From Candidatus Dormiibacterota bacterium (GTDB lineage: Bacteria > Chloroflexota > Dormibacteria > Aeolococcales > Aeolococcaceae), in contig CAVUQX010000004.1 of the NCBI GenBank assembly GCA_963743835.1, forward strand, positions 706,560-770,559: a DNA stretch of 64,000 bases, written 5' to 3'. Position numbers and translations under genes: made by a program. Under the pieces are notes generated by a model, which was not told the origin of the DNA, made no database searches, and saw nothing but the letters and a program-made list of their open reading frames with translations. This document shows positions 8,228 through 17,739 of this stretch, piece by piece; the first letter of the stretch is position 1, and each line of letters opens with the position of its first letter.

Positions 8228-10274
8228 ATGAGGTTTGGAACAGGCCGGCGCGTCATTCGCCGTTCGATTGGTTTGGCGGGCGGCGTATTCGTCGCCGTCA
8301 GCGCCCTGGCGACACAGGCAGGCGCTGCGAACACCGGGGCAGCGAACTCCTTCAGCCCATTCGGGCACGATGGCAGCCACCTCAGCCGCAGTGAACAGGA
8401 CAGCATCGATCAGTGGCGCCTCGGCCACGGCCGGTCCGGCGACGTGCCCCCCCGGGTACCTGGTGACACACGACGCCAACCCGCCGCCGACGACGCCACC
8501 TCACATCATGGAGATCATGATGGAGAACACCGCGTACAGCGCGAACGATGGGAGCCCCTACGTCATCGGCAACCCCAAGGCTCCGTACATCAATAACACG
8601 CTGATCGGCACCGACAAGTACACGTCTCTTCCCAACTGGTTTTCGATTGAACACAACAGTCCGCTCGATTACATGGACGCCATATCCGGCTGCGATCACA
8701 ACGGATTCAACCGACCCTATCCAGATCCGACACTGGTCAACGAGCTCGACGGTGTCGGAACCACGTGGAAGGCGTACATGGACGGTCTGGCATCCGGGCA
8801 GACCTGCTATACGGGCCATGGGGCGGGTACCAATGGCTATGTGCAGAACCACAACCCGTTCATCTACTTCGAGCAGATCATCGGCAACACCACCGAGTGC
8901 AACGCCAACGTGGTCCCGTATTTCCAGTCGAGCTTCGCAGCGGATCTGAACAGCGGCAGTCCACCGGATTTCGTCTGGATCACACCCAGTACGTGTGATG
9001 ACATGCACAGTCGTTGCGCGCCGCTCAACAACCTGGTCGCCCAGGGTGATACGTGGCTGGCAAACAACCTCCCCACCGTGCTCTCGTCGAAGTGGTACAC
9101 GCAGGGCAATGGGATCGTCATCATTACCTGGGACGAAAGCGCAATCGCCGACGTCGCATGCCCGCCGTGGGGCGGTACCTCGTGCGGCGGCCACATCGCT
9201 ACGCTCGTGATCAGTCAGAATTCATGCGGGTCGTTCGCGGGGTCCGGGGATGAGTTCGGGATCCTCCATGGCATCGAAACCGCCTACGGAGTGGACTACC
9301 TCAACAACTCGGGCGGACCCAGCTGGACGTCTACCGACGACGTCACCCCGGCGTTCGCGGACGGGTCATGCGGTGGTGGCGGCACGGGCACGATTGCTGG
9401 GCAGGTGACCACCACACAGTCGGGCAATCCTCCCCTTCAAGGTGCGACCGTAACCTGCACGTGCAGCGGCACGAAGGCGACCACCGACGTGAACGGCGAT
9501 TACACGTTCGCCAACGTGAGCGTCGGCACGTACTCGTTGACCTTCTCCGACACCGGATATCTGACGCAGATGGTCAACGACGTCCTCGTGACGTCGGGCA
9601 ATACGACGACTGAGAACGTCGCTCTCGCACCGTCCGGAGCGCCCCCGGCGATCGTCCAGGACGTGGCGATGGGGGCGCAGGCAGTCGGCACGTCCTTCAC
9701 CGTGTCCACGGGTGCCACGTCAGCGAGCGATCTCCTCGCCGTCTCGACGGAGTTCGACGCCGGATCAGGTAAGGCGTCGGGTACCGTCACCGGGGTGACC
9801 GACAACATGCACGATGTCTGGACACAGGCGACGAGCGTCAATCCGACCACCCGCATCGGCGCCGCCGTCTGGTACGCACCGGGCGCAGCCGCGGGAGTGA
9901 CATCCGTGACCGTGACCTACTCCACCAGTGTCAATCCGGTGGTGCGGTTTTATGAGATCAGTGGAGCCTCCGCGTTCGATCAGGCGAAGTCCGCTTCGGG
10001 CACCAGCGCGGCTCCGAACAGCGGGACCACGGCGACAACCAGCAGCGGCAACGAGATCGTCATTGGCGACATCGGGTTCGTGACCACCACCACCGGCATC
10101 AGCGGCCTCACGCCGGGGTTCGCACTCGACGCGCTGTTGCGTAACTCGGCGTCGAACCACCAGAACTCGGAGCAGGGCGGGCATGAGGCTGTCTCGGCGA
10201 AGGGCGCGTTCTCGTTCTCGGGAACGCTCTCGAACTCGCAGGTCTGGGCTGCTGTGGTCGCCACATTCAAGTAG
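8228..10274 (+). CDS. Secreted phosphoesterase-family protein (PLC/acid-phosphatase type) + CarboxypepD_reg-like domain + unknown C-terminal domain (frameshifted)
   Basis: AGGAAGG RBS plus ATG 8228 gives signal peptide MRFGTGRRVIRRSIGLAGGVFVAVSALATQAGA in one frame. The enzyme body (PPHIMEIMMENTAY...NHNPFIYF...WITPSTCDDMH...VIITWDES) is in the ORF-track frame 8235..10274. Removing one C from the C7 run at 8447-8453 joins them (..SGDVPPGYLVTHD..). GTIAGQVTT..GATVTC..TDVNGDYTF.NV.VGTYSLTFS is a CarboxypepD_reg-type beta-sandwich. Confidence 0.7.
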
Positions 10275-10287
10275 GCAACGGCTGCCG

Positions 10288-11244
10288 ATGAGAGTTCTAC
10301 TCACCGGAACCGCCCGGTGCGGGAGCACATGGGCGGCGAACGTTCTCGGACGTGCCGACGGTGCGCGGGCGGTGTTCGAGCCGGACGGCCCCGCGTCGGA
10401 CGTGCTCGGCGCCATGGTGGCGGCGCGGCTGGGCTCGCATCCCGCGCTGCTGCCGGACCAGCGCAGCTTTTGGTACCGGCAGCTCTGGGACCTGGCCTTT
10501 GTAGGCGGCTGGCCGATGGCTCGCGCGGAAGGCGTGCGCGCCGCCGGCCGGCGCGTCTCGCGCATGCCCAAGGGGATCCGGGATGGTCTGGTGGCGACCC
10601 TCGCGATGGGCACGAGCCGGCTCCGCAAGCGTCCACGCAACGTGATCGTCAAATCGGTGAACTCAACCTTCTCGCTGGATTGGATCGCGCGGCGTTACGC
10701 GCCAAAGATGGTGATCATGCGGCGCAATCCCCTCAACACCATCTCCAGCTGCGCAGTGCTCGGTCTCTACGCCAAGCGCAACATCGGCGATCTCTCCGCT
10801 GTCAATCGTCTGGTGGTCGCTCCGCTCGGGATGACCACGCCAGGTGACGATGCATCAGAGGTGACCCGGGTTGCGTGGAACGTCGGACTGCTCACCACTG
10901 GGCTCAAGCAGGCTGCGGACCTTCACCCGGAGTGGGTCGTCGCCTCCCATGACGACCTCTGCCTCGACCCGTTGCCGAAGTTCGAAGCCCTCACCCGGCA
11001 GCTCGGGCTTGGCTGGACCGGGGCGATGGAGGAGTACGTGACCAAGTCGGACGACCCCAGCTTCACAGTGTTCGGCGGCAGCCAGCGAGTGCATCCAAAC
11101 GCGGCAACGTCGACAACCGGCAGTAGCCGGAGGAGCGAGGCGACCACGCAGTTCGCGCGCCGGCTCACGCCCGCGCAAATCGCGGAGGCGCGGTCCGTGC
11201 TTGCCGAGTTCCCGCTCGGCGACTGGGGACCCGAGGCCTACTGA
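10288..11244 (+). CDS. PAPS-type sulfotransferase, clade A (ST1)
   Basis: MRVLLTGTARCGSTW (5'-phosphosulfate-binding-loop-like), VIMRRNPLNTISS (3'-phosphate-binding-motif-like), HPEWVVASHDDLCLDP. The ATG is 13 nt after the upstream stop. It aligns full-length to the 24462 and 32770 copies. Confidence 0.8.
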   Translation: MRVLLTGTARCGSTWAANVLGRADGARAVFEPDGPASDVLGAMVAARLGSHPALLPDQRSFWYRQLWDLAFVGGWPMARAEGVRAAGRRVSRMPKGIRDGLVATLAMGTSRLRKRPRNVIVKSVNSTFSLDWIARRYAPKMVIMRRNPLNTISSCAVLGLYAKRNIGDLSAVNRLVVAPLGMTTPGDDASEVTRVAWNVGLLTTGLKQAADLHPEWVVASHDDLCLDPLPKFEALTRQLGLGWTGAMEEYVTKSDDPSFTVFGGSQRVHPNAATSTTGSSRRSEATTQFARRLTPAQIAEARSVLAEFPLGDWGPEAY

Positions 11245-11247
11245 ACG

Positions 11248-12261
11248 TCAGCGCGCGTCGCCGGCCATCTCCGGTTGACGCTCTGGCGCGCGGATCCATC
11301 CGCGCGATGGGTACTGTGCCAGCACTCGTTCGATCTCTTCGAGTTGCTCTTCGCTGAGGCGCTTGCGCCACCGGTTCGGTTGTTCGCGGGTGACACGGAT
11401 GTGGCTGAACCCTTCGCCTGGGCGGTTGGATTCGGTGAGAAACCGTTCAATACCCTCGCTCCACGTCAAGCCGACCTGGTCACACACCTCACGGATCCGC
11501 ACCAGCGGGTCGACACAGAGTTCCTCGTGGGTGACCAGCAACCACTCGGGGTGACGCTCGACGTGGCCGCCGAGCACCGTGGTGAGCAGACCGACCCACG
11601 CCGCGGTTCTCTCGGTGACGCTCGCGTTCGCGTCTGGCGCACTGATGCCCAGCGGTTCGAGATAGCGCTCGCGGATCGCGGGCCGGTCGAACAGGTCGAA
11701 CCCGTGAACCCCGAGCTCGATCCACGAGGAGATGGTGTTGAGCGGATTGCGCTGGATGACCACCACGCGTGGCTCGTAACGCCGCAGCAGCCATTCGACG
11801 TAGAAGTGCGCGTAGATCGATTTGACGAGCACGTGCGGTGAGCGTCCCGGAAGCGCCGACATCGCCTGAGCGGTGCGCCGCAGCAGCGGGTCGCGGATGC
11901 CGCGGGGCAGACGGAGTGCGGCACGGGCGGCACTCCGTCGCAAGCCCGGCTTGTTGGGCACACGATCGCTGAAGGAGAGGTCCCAGAGGGCGCGGAACTG
12001 CGGGGCCTCCTCGTCGCGCCCGATCATCGGGTACGGGCCAAACCCAAAGCGGCTCACACCGGTCCCGGTCGGGTCGGCATCGACGTTGTCCGGCTCCTTG
12101 ACGACGCGCGTCGCGTCGGCATGGCCGAGCGCGGTCGCCAGCCAGCGGGTTCCCGAACGAGCGACGCCGAGGAGCAGGACGCGGTCCGGGCGTCCTGGAA
12201 CGATTGATTTCGGAGCGAGTTCGGTCATGGGCAACGGGTCTCCTGGTGCGATCTCATTCAT
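11248..12261 (-). CDS. PAPS-type sulfotransferase, clade B (ST2)
   Basis: MNEIAP..VLLLGVARSGTRW, VVIQRNPLNTISSW, HPEWLLVTHEELCVDP. ATG 12261 overlaps the stop of the upstream TPR ORF (ATGAATGA). I do not believe the 490-aa ORF-track version, which is an Arg-rich extension overlapping that gene. Confidence 0.8.
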   Translation of the reverse strand: MNEIAPGDPLPMTELAPKSIVPGRPDRVLLLGVARSGTRWLATALGHADATRVVKEPDNVDADPTGTGVSRFGFGPYPMIGRDEEAPQFRALWDLSFSDRVPNKPGLRRSAARAALRLPRGIRDPLLRRTAQAMSALPGRSPHVLVKSIYAHFYVEWLLRRYEPRVVVIQRNPLNTISSWIELGVHGFDLFDRPAIRERYLEPLGISAPDANASVTERTAAWVGLLTTVLGGHVERHPEWLLVTHEELCVDPLVRIREVCDQVGLTWSEGIERFLTESNRPGEGFSHIRVTREQPNRWRKRLSEEQLEEIERVLAQYPSRGWIRAPERQPEMAGDAR

Positions 12262-14335
12262 CTTTTTTTGCTGTCTCGATGTACGCTTTGATGCGCGCAC
12301 GCGTGTCAGGCGCGGGGCCCGGAAGCGCGCCCAACGCCTGGTTGAAGGTTCCGACGGCTGCCCGCGTCTGACCGAGCTGGATCTGAATCCACCCCTTCGC
12401 AGCGAGGAGGTTCGACAAGCCGAACCCGTCGACTCCCGCTGTCTGGGTGTACGCGTTCGCATTGCCGATGAAGTTGGCGATCGCGGAGTCGATGCCGGTG
12501 AGAGCGGCTCCCGGGTCGCCCAGGGCAAGGTTGGCTTCCGCAAGGTCGTCGTAGGCCCCCGATCCCGAGCTCGAGTTCGCCGCCGCGCTCGCGCAGTCCG
12601 TGAGCGCGAGCGCGTATTCATGCCGGAGCACCTCTGCCTGGCACTCGTGAGCGAGCACCTGCGTGTTCTCTGTCTTGGTGAGCGCATCGGCCAGTGCCAG
12701 TTCGTAGTCCTGGTCCGCAAGCGTCAGGTTGCCGGTGGCGGTGGCGAGGTCACCACCCGCGACGTAGAGCAGCGAGGTCCCCGGGTCGAGCAACTGCGCG
12801 CGTTGATAGACGGTCCGGGCGTCGGCGAAATCGGAGATCGCCACGAGCCCGTCGATGGCGGTGAGCTGTTGGGTTGCGGTCGCTGAAGGAATCAACGCAG
12901 CGTGCTTGTAATCGGCCGTCGCTGCGGCGACGTTACCGATGACGCGGTATGCAACCGCTCGGCGAAGATAGAGGTCGGGACTCCGTGGCGACAGCGCGAT
13001 CGCCTCTGAGTAGTCGTGCACCGCGGCCCCGCCATTCTGTCCGCCGTTCAGATAACAATCGCCGCGACCGACGTATGCCGCGTAGTACGAGGGGAATTCC
13101 TGGAGGGCCTGCGTGTAATCGGCGATGCACAGGTCGGGTTGCCGGGCCGCACGTTGCAGGCGCGCGTCGTCGATGGATGATCCCAGAACGCTTGTGCTCG
13201 GTGCGACAGCGCCGGCCTGTTGTGCTTGCGTGATCAAATTCTGGAAATCGCCCGCGGACTGGCCGCATGACGCCAGTATCAGTGCGCCGGCAACTGCAAC
13301 CGATGCGACACCCGCGCCCACCCGCGTGGGTGTCTGCGGGACCGCCGGCTCCGGCGCATGCGGCTCTTCGCGCTGCTCGTCAGTCGGCTCGCTCCGGGCT
13401 CCGAAGCCGGCGATGAAGCGCACCGCGACGGAGAGAAGCAGCAGGGCGATCGCCACGCCGCCGTAGCCGATATCCACCGAGTACGGATCGGGTGCCACCG
13501 CGACGACGGCGAAGATGGACGGGACACCGAACCACTCGAGCGCCATCGCCACCGCTGTCACCGCCAGCATCGCCAGGCCGATGCTGCCGATCCACGTGGC
13601 GAGGCGCGACGGCGGAAAGGTCGCCTCTCGTGTTGGGACTGATGTTGCAGTGGCGAGGTCACGGAAGCGGCGGGGCACGCGAACCGCGAGCCAGATGGTT
13701 GCGACGAGCACGACGAGTGCGATCCCCTCTCCGATTCGTTCATATGGAAGTGTCGAGTACGTGAAAGAGAGCGTGGGAGAGGAACTCTGCGCGCTGTCCA
13801 GGTGGTAGAGGTTGAACAGGCCGTCGCCGAGACTGACGGGCTTGTGCGTATCGAGCCGCCACCCAGGGTCGTAATACCGGCGGAGTTCGACCCACTTCCC
13901 GTTGACGGAGTTGGTCGACGCTGTGATCTGCTCGTCAGTCGAGGTGAGCGTGATATCACTCACCGCGGTGGTGCGAACACCGAGGGCGGTGGCTGTCAGG
14001 GATGACCAGCTCAAGCACGGCCCGAGGGTCACCGCACTGGAGGTCGCGGTGGCGGTGACAATCTTGTTGGTGCCGCTGGTCGCCTGGAATGGGCCGTACA
14101 GGTTCCAGCCATTGGCCCTGGGAAGACCCTGGCCTGTAAGCAGTGGCAAGGACAGCTGTCCGCCGTTGATGGCGAGCGCTATCGACGGAGCCGTCGTCTG
14201 CGCCATCACCGCCGCAGTGCCTGCGAAGTCGGACAGGCACGTGTTGTTGACGTAGGGGAGTACCGACACCCTGTCGGGAAGGTTCGCCGGAGCGACGGGG
14301 TACTGGTTGTTGTCGAAGCTCTCGCGATAGGCCAC
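12254..14335 (-). CDS. C-terminal part of giant envelope protein: extracytoplasmic domain, 3 TM helices, TPR-like domain
   Basis: The frame stays open upstream of the listed GTG and reads ..ATPEILPALEALNIPVAYRESFDNNQYPV.., continuing the 13956..16196 membrane protein. TM helices include IALVVLVATIWLAV and LATWIGSIGLAMLAVTAVAMAL. A lipobox-like LILASC lies at 13265-13282, followed by ~335 aa of TPR-like A..Y..A(I/L)...P repeats. Confidence 0.65.
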   Translation of the reverse strand: MAYRESFDNNQYPVAPANLPDRVSVLPYVNNTCLSDFAGTAAVMAQTTAPSIALAINGGQLSLPLLTGQGLPRANGWNLYGPFQATSGTNKIVTATATSSAVTLGPCLSWSSLTATALGVRTTAVSDITLTSTDEQITASTNSVNGKWVELRRYYDPGWRLDTHKPVSLGDGLFNLYHLDSAQSSSPTLSFTYSTLPYERIGEGIALVVLVATIWLAVRVPRRFRDLATATSVPTREATFPPSRLATWIGSIGLAMLAVTAVAMALEWFGVPSIFAVVAVAPDPYSVDIGYGGVAIALLLLSVAVRFIAGFGARSEPTDEQREEPHAPEPAVPQTPTRVGAGVASVAVAGALILASCGQSAGDFQNLITQAQQAGAVAPSTSVLGSSIDDARLQRAARQPDLCIADYTQALQEFPSYYAAYVGRGDCYLNGGQNGGAAVHDYSEAIALSPRSPDLYLRRAVAYRVIGNVAAATADYKHAALIPSATATQQLTAIDGLVAISDFADARTVYQRAQLLDPGTSLLYVAGGDLATATGNLTLADQDYELALADALTKTENTQVLAHECQAEVLRHEYALALTDCASAAANSSSGSGAYDDLAEANLALGDPGAALTGIDSAIANFIGNANAYTQTAGVDGFGLSNLLAAKGWIQIQLGQTRAAVGTFNQALGALPGPAPDTRARIKAYIETAKKDE

Positions 14336-16196
14336 GGGGATGTTGAGCGCTTCGAGCGCCGGAAGGATCTCGGGAGTGGCCCACGTTCCTGAGTTCGACC
14401 TCCGCGACGGCAGGTGCGGTCGTGATGGCGGGTTGCGGTGAGCTCATCCGCCAGACCCAGATCGAAGTCGACCCGCTCCCCAGGATCATCGGCGACCCGA
14501 ACATCTGGCTCATCTGCTCCTGCAACCAGGCGCGCGTGATCCCTGTCGGGAGCGAACCCTCACCCTGCCCTCCGGGAACCACGACGTACCCGGCCCCCGC
14601 CATCTGCACGAGGTAGGGGAAGAGGTGTGGGTCCACGTAGCAGTACGCGATGACGTTGTCAGGGCAATACAGCTGGAACGGATCCCGCTGGTTGGTCCGG
14701 CTTCCCCCGAACTTGCCGGTGAGATTCACCGCCGGGTGTGTCGGCGATGCGATGAGGAAGTGGTGGTTGTGGATGCTGTTGCCCACCAGCGGTTGACCGA
14801 ACCAGAGCACCGGCCCGGGACGCGCGTCGGCAGCGAGAATCCGGGAGAACGCCACGTAGGCCGCGGGCTCTGGCGTTGGTTGCGTCGTCGATCCCAGCGC
14901 GCCGCTCTGCAGCACCACCACCGACCACCCGCTCAACGCAACGACACCTACCAGGGCAAGTACAGCGCCGGCTCGAAGCATGCGCGCCCGCAGCGCCGGA
15001 AGATGCGCTCCGACCCACTCGAAGGCGCCCGCCAATGCAATCGGAATGAGGATCGCGTATGCCAGCATGACGATGTACAGGAACTTCGATCCTTCGCGGA
15101 ACAGCTTCCATCCAGGGACGTGGATGTACATCCAGTCGTAGACCCCCCCGAGCGGGGCGTTGTCAGTCTTGGCAAAGAATGCGAAGAGCAGCGCCGCGAC
15201 CACGAGCCAGAGCACCTCAGGACGCATTCGACGAGCAAGGACCGGCGTCAGCGCAAGCAGCGGCAGGATCATATAGGCGGGATTCAGTGGCGCCTGGACA
15301 AGCTGCGCCGGGGTGCTGCCGGTCCAGAAGGCATCGACACCCGTGATGCCGTGACCGAGCGTGAGGACGTTGAAGTTCGGTGCCTGAGGAATCGGCAGGC
15401 CGACGCCGCCGTGGTAGGTCAGAAGCGGAACAAGCCAGAACGCCTGGAGCCCGACGAACACTGCGCCGGCGACGGCGCCCAGCGCAGTTCGGCGCAGAAA
15501 GGTCTGCAAGTTCCGGTCGGCCACCGAGACGATGACGAAATACATCGCCATGAGCAGGACGCAGAGATAGGCGGGACGAACATCGTAGAGTGCGACGACC
15601 GAAAGCAGCAGACCGGTGAACAGCGCCCAGCGAAATGAGAGCGTACGCACGGTCTTGAGGAAGGCGATCAGGACGAAGAACGAGACGATCTCGCCGAGCG
15701 CCAGCGGCACCTCACCGTCCGATTCGAGTATGAAGTACGTGGAGCCGAGGAGCAGTACGGGGGTCAGCAGCGCCCACTTGGTACGGCCCATGATCTCGCG
15801 CGCCAGCAACCAGCCTCCAACGGGAAGCAACACTGCGAACGGGACGAAGTAGAGCAGTTTTTCCGTGACGGTCCAGCCGGCTCCGAGAACGGCAAAGAGT
15901 CCCGCGATCGCATAGATCGGGAATCGGAACGCGGCCGAGAAGCGGTTCTCTCCTCCCAGGCCAAGCGAGCTGTCCCATACCGAGGGCCACGGGCTGTAAT
16001 TGGCGAGCACTGGATTGTCGGGCCAGTGCCAGTCTCCCGCAGAGAGCGGATTGGTCGACAGCCACGCATGTCTGATGCCGAGGCCAACAAGTGCGAGCAC
16101 GACCACCATCGCCCAGGGACGGTCCGAGATCCAGCGACCCTTCTCGGTCAACCATGCGACTGCGCGACTGCCTCGAACGGTCAATGCTCGGCTCAT
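13956..16196 (-). CDS. N-terminal polytopic membrane part of the same protein (GT-C-like glycosyltransferase/polymerase candidate)
   Basis: It has 12 or more hydrophobic helices with large loops, organised like GT-C-fold envelope glycosyltransferases. I cannot make a motif-level assignment by eye. Below about 14390 this frame becomes Arg/His-rich nonsense. An indel at the CCC run 14380-14382 or at AA/TT 14394-14395 would join it to the 12254 frame. Confidence 0.55.
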   Translation of the reverse strand: MSRALTVRGSRAVAWLTEKGRWISDRPWAMVVVLALVGLGIRHAWLSTNPLSAGDWHWPDNPVLANYSPWPSVWDSSLGLGGENRFSAAFRFPIYAIAGLFAVLGAGWTVTEKLLYFVPFAVLLPVGGWLLAREIMGRTKWALLTPVLLLGSTYFILESDGEVPLALGEIVSFFVLIAFLKTVRTLSFRWALFTGLLLSVVALYDVRPAYLCVLLMAMYFVIVSVADRNLQTFLRRTALGAVAGAVFVGLQAFWLVPLLTYHGGVGLPIPQAPNFNVLTLGHGITGVDAFWTGSTPAQLVQAPLNPAYMILPLLALTPVLARRMRPEVLWLVVAALLFAFFAKTDNAPLGGVYDWMYIHVPGWKLFREGSKFLYIVMLAYAILIPIALAGAFEWVGAHLPALRARMLRAGAVLALVGVVALSGWSVVVLQSGALGSTTQPTPEPAAYVAFSRILAADARPGPVLWFGQPLVGNSIHNHHFLIASPTHPAVNLTGKFGGSRTNQRDPFQLYCPDNVIAYCYVDPHLFPYLVQMAGAGYVVVPGGQGEGSLPTGITRAWLQEQMSQMFGSPMILGSGSTSIWVWRMSSPQPAITTAPAVAEVELRNVGHSRDPSGARSAQHPRGLSRELRQQPVPRRSGEPSRQGVGTPLRQQHVPVRLRRHCGGDGADDGSVDSARHQRRTAVLATAYRPGSSQGQWLEPVRPIPGDQRHQQDCHRHRDLQCGDPRAVLELVIPDSHRPRCSHHRGE

Positions 16197-16205
16197 CAGC
16201 GGTAC

Positions 16206-17570
16206 CTAGGCCGGTGCATTCGCCATGAGCCCCTTGCCGCCAGGATCGTCGATGGTCGGTCCGTCGGCGGCGGCCGCGAGCAGTCGCTGCCGCCGCTCCG
16301 TCAGGAGGTATTGCACGGCGAGTGCGACGAGGACCGCTGCGATGGCGATGTCGCTCATCAGCGAGACCACGAACAGTGAACTGTGGAACAGGTAGATGAG
16401 CAACGGCTTGATCAGCGCCCCGGGGATCAGCACCCAGAGGAGGTTGAGGTCGGCAAGCGACTGTTGTGTGTTGCTGAGCATCACTACTGCGGCCAGCAGC
16501 GGCATGCCCAGCGCGTACCAACCGATGTAGCCGGCCCCTCCTTCGTACGACTTTCCCGAGAAGTCATGAAGGATGCTCGTGCTGAGCAGGGAGAACACGA
16601 GCAAACCGAGCAGCCCTCCCACCAGCGCGATGCCTACGGAGGTGAACACCACGGACTTCGTCCCGCGCTGCCGGGCATGACGCGCTGCGACCTTGGGGAA
16701 GAGCACGCTCGTCACGCTTCCCATCGCGAAAAAGAGTGCGCGCGCCGTGACCGTGACCGCGCTGAATTGACCCGCCGATTTGCCCGGGTAGAAGTGCTGC
16801 ACGAGGACGACGTCGCTGCCGAGCAGCACCGATACGGTGATGGTGGACGTGACCGACACGAGCAGGAAACGCCACAGGGGCTTCCAGCCGGTGACCCCGC
16901 GCCCGCGACGCATCCGCGGCCAGACCATTGCAAGGGCAATGAGATAGAGCACCGCCGCGGCAACGCTGATGCCGAGCATGACCCCCTGCGGGCCGAGCCA
17001 GAAGGCGAAGATGATGACGAACACGACGCGGCTCAGGGCGATCCCAATGCTCAGCGCGCTCCAGGGTATCCAACGTTGTTCGCCCTGGAGGGAGGCGAGC
17101 ATTGGCGACGTGGCGAACATGAACGGCACTCCGACCGCGCCCACGATGACGTACGACAGGGGCACCGCCAGGTAGCTCGCGAGCAGTCCGCCTCCGATGA
17201 TGAACACAAGCCCGAGCGCGGTGCCGATCAATGTCAGCCGGCGGATCGTCATGCGCAACAGAGCGCTGCTTTCCACATCCGTGCCCTGTTTGGTGGCAAG
17301 TTCGCGGCTGGTCGTCCATGCGACCATCCGGCTGAAACCTGCCGCCGGCTGGGTCAGGACGGTGAAAAAGCTGAAGACGGCGAACACCTCGCCGTAAAGT
17401 CGCGGATTGAAGTGATGGCTGACCAGCGCCTGGAGCAGCAGCCCCAGCACACCCGCACCCCACGTTCCGGCGGCGGCCACGGCATTGTGCGTGATGAATT
17501 GACGGCGTTCGCGCTTCGCGCCCTCGTGCGAATTCACGTGCGTGCCTGCGGCATCATCGGAGTCACTCAT
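16206..17570 (-). CDS. Wzx-like oligosaccharide flippase (polysaccharide biosynthesis protein, MOP superfamily)
   Basis: About 12-14 TM helices in the typical MOP/Wzx layout (..VFAVFSFFTVLTQPAAGFSRMVAW.., ..SAGQFSAVTVTARALFFAMGSVTSVLFPKVA..). The likely start is ATG 17570 (MSDSDDAAG..). The stop is 9 nt before the next gene's start. Confidence 0.7.
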   Translation of the reverse strand: MSDSDDAAGTHVNSHEGAKRERRQFITHNAVAAAGTWGAGVLGLLLQALVSHHFNPRLYGEVFAVFSFFTVLTQPAAGFSRMVAWTTSRELATKQGTDVESSALLRMTIRRLTLIGTALGLVFIIGGGLLASYLAVPLSYVIVGAVGVPFMFATSPMLASLQGEQRWIPWSALSIGIALSRVVFVIIFAFWLGPQGVMLGISVAAAVLYLIALAMVWPRMRRGRGVTGWKPLWRFLLVSVTSTITVSVLLGSDVVLVQHFYPGKSAGQFSAVTVTARALFFAMGSVTSVLFPKVAARHARQRGTKSVVFTSVGIALVGGLLGLLVFSLLSTSILHDFSGKSYEGGAGYIGWYALGMPLLAAVVMLSNTQQSLADLNLLWVLIPGALIKPLLIYLFHSSLFVVSLMSDIAIAAVLVALAVQYLLTERRQRLLAAAADGPTIDDPGGKGLMANAPA

Positions 17571-17739
17571 CCGCCGCTCTCGTCCGCGACGTACGCAGAC
17601 GTCTCGGTAATGCTGACCGACACGCGACCTCCAATCCTGCCAAGACTCTTTTCGGCATTCGCCCCTCTTCCCCCTCAAGTCTACTAGAAAGTCGTCAGAC
17701 GCCCCAAATCAACAGCCACGAGTGCAATGGGACCGACGG

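Noticed and set aside
14391-14397. Three frameshift sites (14391-14397, 19021-19027, 52215-52221) share the heptamer GAGTTCG/CGAACTC. This suggested a programmed-frameshift signal or a methylation-motif basecalling artefact.
   Set aside because: The same heptamer occurs many times in frame inside the adhesin repeats and elsewhere without disruption. The other frameshift sites are plain C, G or A runs, so it is probably coincidence. It is still worth a glance if raw signal data exist.
16383-17687. A 434-aa plus-strand ORF. Similar long antisense ORFs occur at 9765-10652, 23185-23895, 26688-27890, 34317-35462, 36574-37773, 47369-48442, 58176-59300 and 60423-61565.
   Set aside because: Each lies opposite a gene with clear family motifs and shows the Arg/Asp/Gly/His-rich composition expected from antisense frames of high-GC coding DNA.
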